From Candidatus Pacearchaeota archaeon (GTDB lineage: Archaea; Nanobdellota; Nanobdellia; Pacearchaeales; GW2011-AR1), in NCBI GenBank assembly GCA_016866975.1, contig VGKP01000002.1:32942-96941 (forward strand): a DNA stretch of 64,000 nt, written 5' to 3'. The stretch's first letter is position 1. Each line of letters starts with the position of its first letter. The translations under genes were made by a program, and so were the position numbers. Below are positions 8,852 to 19,607 of this stretch, piece by piece. A model generated the notes under the pieces. It was given only the letters and a program-made list of their open reading frames with translations, had not been told where the DNA came from and searched no databases.

Positions 8852-9058
8852 TTATTTCTTCTTCTCTTCACTTTGAGTCGGTATCTTTACGCCAAGGGCT
8901 TCTAATTCCTTTATATGCGCTCCAATAAGGCTCTCAGTTATTTGGACAATCCTGAAGAGCTCATTTCTTTCAGCGACAAGGGTGTTCAATGCACCTTTGT
9001 GAAAGCCGATAAGTTCATCTTTTGATGGTTCAGGTTGTGTTTGTGCTTGTTCTGCCAT
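8852..9058 (-). CDS. Small hypothetical protein (coiled-coil-like)
   Basis: 68-aa ORF with natural composition; divergent from glutaredoxin. Confidence 0.7.
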   Translation of the reverse strand: MAEQAQTQPEPSKDELIGFHKGALNTLVAERNELFRIVQITESLIGAHIKELEALGVKIPTQSEEKKK

Positions 9059-9107
9059 ATAATTGCATGGAAGAAGCTTATTTAAAGCTTCTTTTCCGTG
9101 CTTGTTA

Positions 9108-9353
9108 ATGTCTGAAATAACTGTTTATGTCAAGTCAGGTTGTCCATTTTGTATAAAGCTTAAGGACCTCTTGAGAAAGAATAAGATTTCTTTTACCGAG
9201 ATAAATGTCTTAGAAGACGAAGAAGGAGCAAAAGGGGCAGTGCAGAAGGACGGCAGGATACCCGTGCCTCAAGTAGACATAAAAGGAAGGGTTATATACG
9301 ATTACTCTACAGAGGAAAATCTTGTCAAAGAGATGAAAGGCCTTTTAGACTGA
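9108..9353 (+). CDS. Glutaredoxin/NrdH-like redoxin
   Basis: MSEITVYVKSGCPFC...VPQVDI; ATG 9108 preferred. Confidence 0.88.
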   Translation: MSEITVYVKSGCPFCIKLKDLLRKNKISFTEINVLEDEEGAKGAVQKDGRIPVPQVDIKGRVIYDYSTEENLVKEMKGLLD

Positions 9354-9791
9354 TTACTTTCTACCTTTAAGGAATAATGCAAAAGAAACAAGCATTCCTA
9401 TAAATGTTACAGATTGCAGAATTATTATCTCGTTAAGTGCAAATAAATACCAGCTTGATGGCTTGAATATTATTGACAGGCTCCAGGATATGGATATTCC
9501 GAGGACAATGAAATTTATCCAAGATGCATATGTGATGAGTTGGTTTCTTTTACCATGATTATTGAAATGTTTGATTGCCATAAATAGATAGATAGCGCTA
9601 AGGACAAACAAGAATGGAATTAGAAGTGCGCCTATGTTGAAAATAACTTCATTCCCCTGACTTATACCTTTGAATATTGATGACAATGTATTTGAGAATC
9701 CCATTACCGAATATACTCCTATCATCACATATAATGAAAGAAGTGCGATGAGCGATATCGAGGCTATATTGACCTTTTCAGGAAGTTCCAT
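9354..9791 (-). CDS. Membrane protein
   Basis: Four hydrophobic segments; likely start MELPEKV at 9791. Confidence 0.65.
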   Translation of the reverse strand: MELPEKVNIASISLIALLSLYVMIGVYSVMGFSNTLSSIFKGISQGNEVIFNIGALLIPFLFVLSAIYLFMAIKHFNNHGKRNQLITYASWINFIVLGISISWSLSIIFKPSSWYLFALNEIIILQSVTFIGMLVSFALFLKGRK

Positions 9792-9872
9792 ATAACAATA
9801 ACCTAAAAGAAATATAAAAACCTTCTCATGCAGATGCAAAAAGCTTATGTACCTCATTTTACAATCATTGAT

Positions 9873-10151
9873 ATGAATATCGGCGAGATACAGCAGAATA
9901 TGTCTCAACTTAAGAACTGGGCATTAGAAGGCAGCTCAATAGTGAAAGATTATTCATTTAATGATTTCAAGCAAGCCCTTAATTTTGTCAACAAGGTAGG
10001 AGATATAGCTGAGAAGAACAATCATCATCCATCTATAATCTTAGACTATAACTTCGTGCACATTACTCTTTCTACACATTCAGAGCATACACTGACAGAT
10101 AAAGATTTCATTGTTGCAAAGGAGATAGATATTTTAGATGGAACTTCTTAA
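9873..10151 (+). CDS. Pterin-4-alpha-carbinolamine dehydratase family
   Basis: W..EG..IVKDYSFNDF..A..FVNKV..IAEKNNHHPSI...Y..V.I.LSTH. Confidence 0.9.
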   Translation: MNIGEIQQNMSQLKNWALEGSSIVKDYSFNDFKQALNFVNKVGDIAEKNNHHPSIILDYNFVHITLSTHSEHTLTDKDFIVAKEIDILDGTS

Positions 10152-10410
10152 TGTATTTCTCTCTATTTTTTTATTGCTTCTATCAGCCCCAATAGGATTT
10201 ATTATAGCGTGGCTCGCCCGTGATGAACTCATTATAGGAAGAAAGTGGTTTATTGCAATCATACTTACTTCAATTTTATCTACAATCATTTTCCTCTTTT
10301 TTGATATGGTCGCGTCACTTTCATCTTTTTTTATCTTCATCGTATCATTGATCTCATGGATCAAGAGTTTTGACAAGAGATGGACTAAGAAAAGCATAAC
10401 AAGAACGTAG
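10138..10410 (+). CDS. Small membrane protein
   Basis: 90 aa, three TM-like segments. Confidence 0.7.
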   Translation: MELLNVFLSIFLLLLSAPIGFIIAWLARDELIIGRKWFIAIILTSILSTIIFLFFDMVASLSSFFIFIVSLISWIKSFDKRWTKKSITRT

Positions 10411-10618
10411 TTTCTGACATCCCAAAGTTTAAATAATTGGTTTATTCTATTGTATCATGGCAATGCAAAAGAACTCGAAAGGTACTTTTTCTAGCATAGC
10501 CATTACCATTTAATAACTCGTCTTATCCTAGACGTATCAATTTTCAACATGACTTACAAAAAAATAACTTTCTTTATGCAGACTAAAAATATAAAAGCAG
10601 ATATTGCGGGTAGTGGAT

Positions 10619-13417
10619 ATGCTTAACTCCAAAAGCACAGAGAAAGAAGTACTTGAATTCTGGAATAAGAATGAGATATATGGTAAGAGTAAGGAGAAAA
10701 ATAGGAAAGGCAAGAAATTCTACTTCATGGATGGTCCGCCTTATGCTAGTGGGAGCATACATCTCGGGACTGCCTTAAACAAGGTCTTAAAGGATATCGC
10801 GATGCGTTCCCAGAGATTGCAGGGAAAAGATGTCTTCGACAGGCCTGGATATGATACTCACGGAGTACCGATTGAATTCAAAGTGGAGAAAGAGCTTGGG
10901 ACAAAAACAAAGCAGGATATCGAGGCATTCGGTATTGACAAGTTCATATCAAGGTGCAAGGAATTCGCTACGAAGTATATAAGTGAAATGAACAATGAGT
11001 TCTCCAATCTGGGTATCTGGATGGATTGGAGTGATCCCTATGTCACTCTGTCTCCAGGTTATATCGAGGCAATATGGCACGCTTTCAAGAAAGCTGAAGA
11101 GAAAGGCCTTCTTTATCTTGGAAAATACTCTGTTCATGTCTGTACAAGATGCGCAACAGCCGTTGCATATAACGAGATAGAATACGGAAAGCAGAAAGAC
11201 ACTTCTGTTTTTGTTAAATTCCCAGTTGTTGGGAAGAAGAATACATTTCTTGTGATATGGACTACTACTCCTTGGACATTACCTGCAAATACAGGGGTGA
11301 TGGTCCATCCAGATATAACTTACCAGGAGATATCTACTTCTGAAGGTGAACACTGGATAATGGCCAAAGATCGTATCGCTCCAGTAATGTCTATGCTTGA
11401 AAGGGGATTTACTTTGGTGAGAGAATTCAAGGGAAAAGTAATGGAAGGGTGGAAGTATGAGAATCCTATTGCTCGCCATACAAAAATTAAAGTGAAGGAT
11501 GGATACAGAGTCGTATTGACTCCAAGATATGTGACTACAGAAGAGGGCACAGGATTGGTGCACTGCGCGCCAGGCCATGGCAAGGAAGACTATGAGGTTG
11601 GCAGAGATGAAGGTCTTGATATGTTATGCCCAGTTAATATAAATGGAATAATGACTGAAGAGGCAGGCAAATACGCAGGAAAGAATGCAAGAGTAGTTGA
11701 CACGGAGATAATTGAAGACCTAGAAAGGGATGGATTTCTTGTTCACAAACTTGTTTATGAGCATGATTATCCTCTTTGCTGGAGAGACAAGACTCCTCTT
11801 CTCATGCTTTCTCTTCCTCAGTGGTTTCTAAAGATTTCAGGCATTCAGAAGAAGTTACTCAAGGATAATGATAAAATTGAATGGGTCCCTTCATGGGTAA
11901 AGCTTCGTATGAAGGCTTGGCTAGAAGGGATAGGTGATTGGCCAGTCTCAAGGGCGAGATACTGGGGGACCCCTCTTCCAATATGGTATAACGAAGAGAC
12001 AGGTGAGAGGGTTGTTGTAGGGAGCATCGCAGAATTGGAGAAGCTTTCAGGGATGAAAGTCAAGGACCCTCACAAGCCAATGATTGACGAAATAGTGATT
12101 CCCGGTAAGAAAGGGAAGCCTCTTAGAAGAGTCAAGGAAGTCCTGGATGTATGGTTTGATTCAGGTGTTTCGAGCTGGGCAGCACTGGGTTACCCTGCAA
12201 AAAAAGAGGACTTTGATCAATTCTGGCCAGCTGATCTTAATATAGAAGGCAAGGACCAGATAAGAGGATGGTGGAACTCTCAGATGATTCTATCTGAGAT
12301 AACATTTGGGAAGAAGCCTTTCAAGTCGGTTGCCATGCATGGAATGGTCTTGGACATCAGTAAGCGTAAGATGTCTAAATCAGAAGGCAATAATACCACT
12401 CCCGCTGAAGTGATTGAGAAGTTTGGAAGGGACGCATTAAGATATATGTTTGCCAAACTATCTAAGGGAGAGGATTTCTCTTATAGCGATAATGAGATGA
12501 AAGACATTCAGAGGATATTCATGATGATGGGCAACATAAATAATTTCGTTCGCCAGCTATCGCCTTCAAAAGGAAAAACCAAGTTATCTCCTGAAGATCA
12601 TTGGATACTCTCACAATATAACTCGCTTATAAGAGATGTGACAGAGGCATACAATAGTTATAGGTTTACCGATGTTGTAAATCGTTTTGAACAGTTCTTA
12701 GTCTTTGATCTTAGCAGGACATACATTCAGATGATCAGAGATAGGGCAGATGAAGTGGCCCCACTTATGCGAGAAATAAGGGACGGCCTTCTTTTGCTTA
12801 TTTCTCCAATAACCCCATTCTTATGTGAAAAAATGTGGCAGGAATTAAGGAAAGACAGATTGGTGGATGAAGAATCGATACATCTAAGCTCGTTTCCAAG
12901 GGCAGATACGAAGAAGATTGATGGAGATTTAGATTTATCATTCAAGAACTTGGCCAGAATAATTGAGTTTGGTATGGCTGAGAGGGACAAGGCCAAAATT
13001 GGACTGCGCTGGCCTCTTGCTCTGGCTACGGTTACTTCAAAAATACCTGTAAAAAAGGAGTTGCAATCAATAATAAAAAGACAGTTGAACGTGAAAGATG
13101 TGAAGATTGTAAAGGGAGATACTGTAAAAGTTGAGCTTGATACTTTATTGACCCCTGAACTTGAGGCAGAAGGTCTAGCAAGGGAGCTTGCGCGCAAGAT
13201 ACAGGCAGAGAGGAAGAATGCTGGTCTTGTGAAGACACAAGAAATAGTATTGAAATTGACTTTGGATACTGAAACCAGAAAAATTTTGATGCCATTTATT
13301 CACTTCGTGTCAGAGAGAACAAATGCAAATGATATACAATTTATCGAAGATAAAAATCATGTAAAGCCAGTGTCATTCGAAGTGAAAGATAAAAAGATTC
13401 TTTTCTCATTTTCGTAA
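10619..13417 (+). CDS. ileS: Isoleucyl-tRNA synthetase
   Basis: DGPPYASGSIHLGT, GYDTHGVPIE, WTTTPWTLP, GTGLVHCAPGHG, DWPVSR.RYWGTP, KMSKS. Confidence 0.96.
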   Translation: MLNSKSTEKEVLEFWNKNEIYGKSKEKNRKGKKFYFMDGPPYASGSIHLGTALNKVLKDIAMRSQRLQGKDVFDRPGYDTHGVPIEFKVEKELGTKTKQDIEAFGIDKFISRCKEFATKYISEMNNEFSNLGIWMDWSDPYVTLSPGYIEAIWHAFKKAEEKGLLYLGKYSVHVCTRCATAVAYNEIEYGKQKDTSVFVKFPVVGKKNTFLVIWTTTPWTLPANTGVMVHPDITYQEISTSEGEHWIMAKDRIAPVMSMLERGFTLVREFKGKVMEGWKYENPIARHTKIKVKDGYRVVLTPRYVTTEEGTGLVHCAPGHGKEDYEVGRDEGLDMLCPVNINGIMTEEAGKYAGKNARVVDTEIIEDLERDGFLVHKLVYEHDYPLCWRDKTPLLMLSLPQWFLKISGIQKKLLKDNDKIEWVPSWVKLRMKAWLEGIGDWPVSRARYWGTPLPIWYNEETGERVVVGSIAELEKLSGMKVKDPHKPMIDEIVIPGKKGKPLRRVKEVLDVWFDSGVSSWAALGYPAKKEDFDQFWPADLNIEGKDQIRGWWNSQMILSEITFGKKPFKSVAMHGMVLDISKRKMSKSEGNNTTPAEVIEKFGRDALRYMFAKLSKGEDFSYSDNEMKDIQRIFMMMGNINNFVRQLSPSKGKTKLSPEDHWILSQYNSLIRDVTEAYNSYRFTDVVNRFEQFLVFDLSRTYIQMIRDRADEVAPLMREIRDGLLLLISPITPFLCEKMWQELRKDRLVDEESIHLSSFPRADTKKIDGDLDLSFKNLARIIEFGMAERDKAKIGLRWPLALATVTSKIPVKKELQSIIKRQLNVKDVKIVKGDTVKVELDTLLTPELEAEGLARELARKIQAERKNAGLVKTQEIVLKLTLDTETRKILMPFIHFVSERTNANDIQFIEDKNHVKPVSFEVKDKKILFSFS

Positions 13418-13436
13418 TTTTAAAGGAATACATGAG

Positions 13437-13450
13437 GAAAGGTTTAAATA
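13437..13450 (+). promoter_or_regulatory. BRE + TATA box upstream of the TrmB-family gene
   Basis: gaaagg-tttaaata about 28 nt before GTG 13478. Confidence 0.55.
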
Positions 13451-13477
13451 CCAAAACCCTTTCATTTAAGGAAGAGA

Positions 13478-14323
13478 GTGCCAAATTTACATATGATAAT
13501 AAAGGAAGAATTTTTAAGCAGATTACGGAAAATTTTTGATCTTAACTTATATGAGGCTAAAGTTTGGACAGCACTCCTTTCCAGAGGTGTTTCTACAGCA
13601 GGAGAATTAAGCAACATATCGGATGTTCCAAGAAGCAGGACTTATGACATATTGGAATCTCTTGAGAAGAAGGGATTTATTGTGATGAAGATTGGTAAGC
13701 CTATCAAGTTTGTTGCTTTGAAGCCTGAAGAGGTTGTTGAGAGAGTTAAGAAGAATCTTATAGTTAATGCCCAGGAGAAAAGTAGGAGACTTGAGAAATT
13801 GCGTGGAGATGAGGTCCTTGATGAATTGAATTCTCTATTTACAAATGGCATAAAGTTTGTCGAGCCATCAGATCTCTCAGGTAGTCTTCGTGGTCGCCAG
13901 AACATGTACAATCATCTTGACATGATGATTCGTGGCGCTGAGAAGAATATAACTCTTGTTACAACAGCTGAGGGTATAAATAGGAAGCTCGAAGCTCTTA
14001 TGCCTGCTCTTGAGAAAGCAAAGAAGCGCGGCGTCTCAATTAAGATTGCTGCACCAATCACTCAAGATAACATCAAGGTGGCAAAAGATCTTTCAAAGGT
14101 AGCAGAGATCAGGGATGTTTCTAACCATAACCTTAATGCAAGATTTGCCGTAGTAGACAATGAGCAATTGATGTTCATGCTTCTTGATGATAAGTCCGTG
14201 CATCCAAACTATGATGTAGCTGTCTGGTTATCTTCAGAATTCTTTGCAAGGGCCCTTGATCAATTGTTCAATTCTGCATGGGATCAGTTCCCCCAATTAG
14301 GGAAGCTTAATGGAAAGAAATAG
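13478..14323 (+). CDS. TrmB-family transcriptional regulator
   Basis: LNLYEAKVWTALL..G..TAGELSNISDVPRSRTYDILESLEKKGF (TrmB HTH); C-terminal effector-type domain; ATG 13493 is an alternative start. Confidence 0.9.
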   Translation: MPNLHMIIKEEFLSRLRKIFDLNLYEAKVWTALLSRGVSTAGELSNISDVPRSRTYDILESLEKKGFIVMKIGKPIKFVALKPEEVVERVKKNLIVNAQEKSRRLEKLRGDEVLDELNSLFTNGIKFVEPSDLSGSLRGRQNMYNHLDMMIRGAEKNITLVTTAEGINRKLEALMPALEKAKKRGVSIKIAAPITQDNIKVAKDLSKVAEIRDVSNHNLNARFAVVDNEQLMFMLLDDKSVHPNYDVAVWLSSEFFARALDQLFNSAWDQFPQLGKLNGKK

Positions 14324-14369
14324 TTACTGATTTAGAAAACGTTTTAAACTACTAAATTTTCTTTGTCAT

Positions 14370-14789
14370 ATGGATCATTCATATTTTGCTCCGAGATATA
14401 GTTATTTAGGTCCTCCTATAAGTGATTCTTTAGAGCCTGTCCCATATAAGGATCCTAGAACCTTAAGAGAGAAGATGAGTGATGTTTCTTCTTCTCGTTC
14501 AATGGACCTTACAGGAAGTATAAACCTTATGGAGACTTGCGCCATTATTTTTGAGAGAGCGAGGGAGCTCCCTCGCCTTAAAGGAAAAATCTATGTCATA
14601 AATATCGAGAATCCCGATAAACCTAAACTAGAAAGTGTTGATGAAAGTACTATTCTACCTGATAATTATCTTACTCGAGAGAAAGTTCAATCTCAGATAG
14701 AATCTTCCAAGCCAGTAGCTACAGATTCAAGGTCTAAAAGAAGAGGATGGAAAGGTAATAGTTTTTTTTACAAGAGAGATACTCAATGA
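14370..14789 (+). CDS. Hypothetical protein
   Basis: 139-aa ORF with TATA upstream; overlaps the TatD start. Confidence 0.6.
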   Translation: MDHSYFAPRYSYLGPPISDSLEPVPYKDPRTLREKMSDVSSSRSMDLTGSINLMETCAIIFERARELPRLKGKIYVINIENPDKPKLESVDESTILPDNYLTREKVQSQIESSKPVATDSRSKRRGWKGNSFFYKRDTQ

Positions 14790-15532
14790 CTTACATAGAC
14801 ATACATTGCCATCTAGACCTTCTTGAAAATATCTCTCAAGTTATAGAAAATGCAAATAATTCAGGAGTTGAAATAATTCTTACTCAAGGGATTAATGCTG
14901 AGACAAACAGGAAAGCACTTGCTTTGGCAAAAGAGTATAAAGAAGTAAAAGCTTGTCTTGGAATATACCCTATTGATGCATTAAAAATGACTGACAAGGA
15001 AATAGATTCAGAAATAGCATTCATAAAAGCTAATAAAAAATATATTGTGGCAATAGGGGAGGTAGGCATGGACTTCAAAGAAGACGATATAGATCATGAA
15101 CGCCAAAAAAAGATTTTCACAAAGTTCATTGCTCTCTCAATAGAGCTCGATATGCCAATAATAATTCACTCTAGAAAAGCTGAAAAGGAATGTATAGAGC
15201 TCTTAGAAAAATGCAATGCAATGAAAGTGATAATGCACTGCTTTTGTGGCAAGTGGAAACTTGTGGAAAGGATACAAAAGAATGGCTGGTTCTTAACAGT
15301 CCCCACATCTGTAACAAAATCAGAGCAATTTCAGGCAATTGCTCAGGAAGTACCTCTGGCTCAGTTATTCTGCGAGACAGATTCTCCTTACCTGCATCCA
15401 GATAAAATATGGCCAAACGAGCCCGCAAATATAGTAAGAAGTTATTTGGAATTAGCCAGACTGAGAAAGATATCAGTTGAAGATGGGAGAGAGATTATTA
15501 GGAATAACTATCTAAAATTATTCAAAAAGTAA
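14786..15532 (+). CDS. tatD: TatD-family DNase
   Basis: IDIHCHLD, IGEVGMD, IIHSR, MHCF, ETDSPY. Confidence 0.94.
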   Translation: MTYIDIHCHLDLLENISQVIENANNSGVEIILTQGINAETNRKALALAKEYKEVKACLGIYPIDALKMTDKEIDSEIAFIKANKKYIVAIGEVGMDFKEDDIDHERQKKIFTKFIALSIELDMPIIIHSRKAEKECIELLEKCNAMKVIMHCFCGKWKLVERIQKNGWFLTVPTSVTKSEQFQAIAQEVPLAQLFCETDSPYLHPDKIWPNEPANIVRSYLELARLRKISVEDGREIIRNNYLKLFKK

Positions 15533-15564
15533 AGTTTTTAAAAGACTTTTATGCGGGAGATATA

Positions 15565-16233
15565 ATGGGACAGTCTTTGATATTAAGGCTTAAGGGAGTA
15601 CAAGAGATTATAGATTTATCTCACAGAGACTTGTTGCGTAAGAGGATGAGTGGAGTCAAATTACCTGGATGGATACCTTACGACAATCAAAAACCAGACT
15701 ATTCTTATCTGATATGTGATATTATCCAAAGAGGCCTTGATAATAGTATTTCTTTAGAGCTTGGGTGTGGAGATGGCCCTTGGGCTCTTCTTGCTTCAGC
15801 AGCAGGATTAAGGTCATTTGGTATCGATGCAGATTCTGGACTTGTTTCAAGAGCACGTATAAATTATTTTAGTGCATTGTTAGGAGGATATATTAAAGGT
15901 AATTGTAGATTCGCAGTAGGCAATATTCATCATAGTTATAATGAAGAGCAATATCTTATAGATGCTGAAAGATCGAAAGTCATGAGGACTGAATTCTTGG
16001 ATAATCCTTATGAAGAACTAGGCATTAATATAGGTTGCGCGGATATTATCAACGGCTATCTCTGGCCAGAACACATGTCTTCTTTGCTTAGTCTTTTGAA
16101 TGAACACGCAAGATCGAATGCCTTATTTATCTTACCGTTTTATGAGCACAGGAAGCATCATCAACTGCTCGATCTCAAGCCGGTAGGAATTGCGCCTAGA
16201 GGTACTGCATTATACAGAAGAGCTAGAGTGTAA
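15565..16233 (+). CDS. Class I SAM-dependent methyltransferase
   Basis: LELGCGDG motif I; GIDAD. Confidence 0.8.
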   Translation: MGQSLILRLKGVQEIIDLSHRDLLRKRMSGVKLPGWIPYDNQKPDYSYLICDIIQRGLDNSISLELGCGDGPWALLASAAGLRSFGIDADSGLVSRARINYFSALLGGYIKGNCRFAVGNIHHSYNEEQYLIDAERSKVMRTEFLDNPYEELGINIGCADIINGYLWPEHMSSLLSLLNEHARSNALFILPFYEHRKHHQLLDLKPVGIAPRGTALYRRARV

Positions 16234-16280
16234 TCTTATCTACCCTCAATGCTTAAATAGCTTTGAATTTAGTATATTCA

Positions 16281-16577
16281 ATGGCAAGGAACAGAAAGAC
16301 CAAGGTAATCAAAATCCTCCTTGCATTATTATTTTTTACAGTATTATTGGCTGTGTTCTTGTCTTCAAACAAGTCTGCGCCTACTCTAGATTCTTGTGAA
16401 AAAGATTCAGATTGTGTTCCTTCTTCATGTTGCCATCCTGCATCATGCGTTTTAAAGAATCAGGCTCCAGAATGTAAGGGTGTTATTTGCAGCCAGGAAT
16501 GCAAACCAGGCACTCTGGATTGTGGTCAGGCAAGCTGCAGCTGTCAAAATAAGAGGTGTGTTGTGAAAAGACAATGA
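16281..16577 (+). CDS. Small exported Cys-rich protein (12 Cys)
   Basis: N-terminal signal anchor then C..DSDCVPSSCCHPASC...C...C; stop overlaps the protease start (ATGA). Confidence 0.8.
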   Translation: MARNRKTKVIKILLALLFFTVLLAVFLSSNKSAPTLDSCEKDSDCVPSSCCHPASCVLKNQAPECKGVICSQECKPGTLDCGQASCSCQNKRCVVKRQ

Positions 16578-19500
16578 GAAAAAAGATAATCATAGTTTTA
16601 AGCCTGTTTTTTGTAATTCTAGGAAGCCATTTTCTTGATGCAGATGACTCTCCTTCAAAAGTCACAGACGACGTGTATAAACATCTTGGAAACAATGATA
16701 CTGTAGATGTAGTGATAAAAACTAAACCTAGTAAGAATATTGTATTAAAATCTTCTACTTTTTCTCTTTCTCAATATCAGGCAAAAGCCACTAGGGTAAA
16801 GGACGATTTAATTATCGTCAAAGTTACTCCATCTGAATTGAAAAATCTTGAATTAAATCCAAATGTAGAAAAGATAGAGTTTGCCTACAAAATTAAAGCC
16901 TTCTTACAAAACTCTAGGGCGATTGTAAATTCAACAGCAAGTGCATCGCTTGGTATAAATAATGTAAACTTGACTGGAGTTGGAGAAACAGTTTGCGTCA
17001 TAGATACTGGAATAAACTTTACTCATTCAGACCTAATTGGAAAGAACAAAACTGCTTGTATTGTGGATTGTTTAAATAAAAACTGCGCAGAAAACTGTAC
17101 TTTAATAGATGATAACGGTCATGGGACTCATGTCGCAGGAATTGTAGCCGCAAACGGGACATTAAAGGGCGTGGCACCGGATGCAAACCTTATAGGTGTA
17201 AGAGTTCTAAATGCAAGTGGAGAAGGTCATCATTCAAATGCTGTAGATGATTTGACTAATGCAATAAATTGGTGTAAAGATAATAGGAATAATTACAGTA
17301 TAAGCGTAATAACTATGAGTCTCGGTACTTCAGATTTATTTCAGAATTATTGCGATGCTGATCTGGCGACTTCATGGACAAGAGCAATTAATAACGCTAC
17401 AGCACACAATATCTCAGTGATTGCGGCGACAGGCAATAGTGGAAATAATACTGCTATTTCAGCTCCAGCATGTATTCAAAATGCGACTTCAGTATCATCT
17501 GTATCCAAAGTAGATTCAATTGCAAGTTATAGTAATTACAACAATCTCACTGATTTATTTGCTCCTGGCGGCTTATCAACGAATTCTGCCACATTAATTA
17601 ACTCTACTTGTATATCATCAGAATCTTCTAATGGCTATTGTGGAAAGCAAGGTACAAGCATGGCAACACCTCACGTCGCAGGAGCCGTAGCCTTAATCAA
17701 GCAATTTTATCGTTCTCAAACCAATGGAGGCAATGCTACGCGGGCAATTATTGAAAACGCTCTAAAAATCTATGGTAAAAACATAACTGTCCCAGCAGGA
17801 TATAATATCTCTCGTATCGATATATACTCTGCAATCATATCTTTAGATGCATTCTCCCCGAATGTCACTCTCGTCTCCCCTTCTAATGCGACTGCTTCGC
17901 TCATTATCAATCAAACATTTCTCTGCAACGCTACGGATCTTGCTATTAAAAACGGCACATTTTACCTCTGGAATTCAACTTCTTCCATCTACAATCAAAC
18001 ATCAATGAATTTGAATGGAAGTGCGGCAGTGCTTCAAATTAACGTCACAAATATTTCTAGTGGAACCTATGTCTGGAATTGCTTATTTACAGATGAGAAC
18101 AATAACAAGACGTTTGCAAGTCTCAATAATACCCTTACAATTTCAGGTTCTATTATTGATCTCGTATCTCCTGCTGGAGATCTTTTTACTAACACAAATC
18201 AAACATATGTCTGTAATGTTAGTTCAAGTCTTAACATATCAAATGTAACATTCTATCTCTGGAACGTTACCAGCTCAGAGATTAATGTCAGCTTTACAAA
18301 CATATCTGGCACGAGCTCATCCAAAAACTTCTCAATTAACTTCACCTCAGAAGGAGTTTATTCCTGGAACTGTCTCTTCAAAGATACTTCAAATAATGGG
18401 ACATTTGCGACATCAAATAAGACCATAACCTACGATATTACAAAGCCCGTGATAAATATCACTCTTCCATTAAATGGCAGCTACTATAATGCTGGAAGGT
18501 TCAACATAACTTTGAATGAGAATTCATCTTGTCTTTATTCTCTTGATCATGGTACTAAAAACTATTCCATGAGTTCAATAAATAATAGAACATTCAATGC
18601 CACTAACTTGACTCTCGTGCATGACCGGAACTATAATGTGACGTATTACTGTAATGATACTGCAGGTAATTCCAACAGCACATTTGCAGGCAATTTCACT
18701 ATAGACCTTTCAACACCAAATGTTACTCTATTAAGTCCTGTTGATTCATATGCTGAGACGGCCTCATCTACGACTCTTAATCTTATCTTCAATGTCACTG
18801 ACAATCTTAATCTCTCAAGTTGTTCTCTTATAATCGGCGGTTCTGTGAATTCTACAAACAGCACTTTCATAAATCAGACATTGAATCAGTCATTTCAGAT
18901 AACTTTCGGGGCAGGAAGTTATACATGGAATGTTAACTGCACAGATATTGCCCAGAACACGGGAAATTCAAACTCTAGGACAATCACAATCTCGGCACCA
19001 GTTTCAAGTTCTTCTGGCGGCGGTGGGGGCGGTGGAGGTGGAGACGGTGGAGGTACAGGAGCAAGCACGTTCAGCCCAAGCCAGGATCAAGTCTCAAGGG
19101 GATTTACTCAGGAGGTTAAGAAGGAGGACAAGATAAAGTTCAATATATTTGATGAGAAGGCCGTGCAACATACTCTTATTGTCGAGACAGTCTCAGATAA
19201 ATATGTAAATATCACTATAAGGAGTGAGCCAATCAACTTTCTTCTTGGGGCGGGCCAGAGTATAAAACTCAATTTGACATCTCCTTCTTTCTATAATCTC
19301 TACATAAAGGTAGAGAACATAACAAATGGCAAGGCATCGTTGACAGTGCAGACTATAAATGAGCCTATAGCTGTCCCAAAGGTGGAGGAGAAGACTAATA
19401 GTTCTCCAATCACGGAAGTAAGCATACCACAAGAGACAAATCAGACAGCACCTCCTTCGGTCACACAATCAACAGGCATATCTGGATGGACTCTTTTCTG

Positions 19501-19579
19501 GGGGATATTCATAAGCGCGATAATAGCAAGCCTTATAGTCTATCTTATAGACCACAGGAAGAAGACAAAGTCGTTATAG
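16574..19579 (+). CDS. Surface-anchored S8 (subtilisin-like) serine protease with Ig-like repeats
   Basis: Signal peptide; triad VIDTG, HGTHVAG, GTSMATP; many N-x-S/T sequons; Gly-rich linker; C-terminal TM. Confidence 0.93.
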   Translation: MRKKIIIVLSLFFVILGSHFLDADDSPSKVTDDVYKHLGNNDTVDVVIKTKPSKNIVLKSSTFSLSQYQAKATRVKDDLIIVKVTPSELKNLELNPNVEKIEFAYKIKAFLQNSRAIVNSTASASLGINNVNLTGVGETVCVIDTGINFTHSDLIGKNKTACIVDCLNKNCAENCTLIDDNGHGTHVAGIVAANGTLKGVAPDANLIGVRVLNASGEGHHSNAVDDLTNAINWCKDNRNNYSISVITMSLGTSDLFQNYCDADLATSWTRAINNATAHNISVIAATGNSGNNTAISAPACIQNATSVSSVSKVDSIASYSNYNNLTDLFAPGGLSTNSATLINSTCISSESSNGYCGKQGTSMATPHVAGAVALIKQFYRSQTNGGNATRAIIENALKIYGKNITVPAGYNISRIDIYSAIISLDAFSPNVTLVSPSNATASLIINQTFLCNATDLAIKNGTFYLWNSTSSIYNQTSMNLNGSAAVLQINVTNISSGTYVWNCLFTDENNNKTFASLNNTLTISGSIIDLVSPAGDLFTNTNQTYVCNVSSSLNISNVTFYLWNVTSSEINVSFTNISGTSSSKNFSINFTSEGVYSWNCLFKDTSNNGTFATSNKTITYDITKPVINITLPLNGSYYNAGRFNITLNENSSCLYSLDHGTKNYSMSSINNRTFNATNLTLVHDRNYNVTYYCNDTAGNSNSTFAGNFTIDLSTPNVTLLSPVDSYAETASSTTLNLIFNVTDNLNLSSCSLIIGGSVNSTNSTFINQTLNQSFQITFGAGSYTWNVNCTDIAQNTGNSNSRTITISAPVSSSSGGGGGGGGGDGGGTGASTFSPSQDQVSRGFTQEVKKEDKIKFNIFDEKAVQHTLIVETVSDKYVNITIRSEPINFLLGAGQSIKLNLTSPSFYNLYIKVENITNGKASLTVQTINEPIAVPKVEEKTNSSPITEVSIPQETNQTAPPSVTQSTGISGWTLFWGIFISAIIASLIVYLIDHRKKTKSL

Positions 19580-19607
19580 TTATAAAGCCCTTTTTATTAT
19601 TCTATTA

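Noticed and set aside
8852-9058. 68-aa ORF as the missing Pup
   Set aside because: Right size, but it ends EEKKK rather than GG[E/Q], looks helical, and is 16 kb from the ligase-like genes.
19010-19055. GGC/GGT run as a DNA microsatellite
   Set aside because: It encodes the Ser/Gly linker of the protease with mixed codons.
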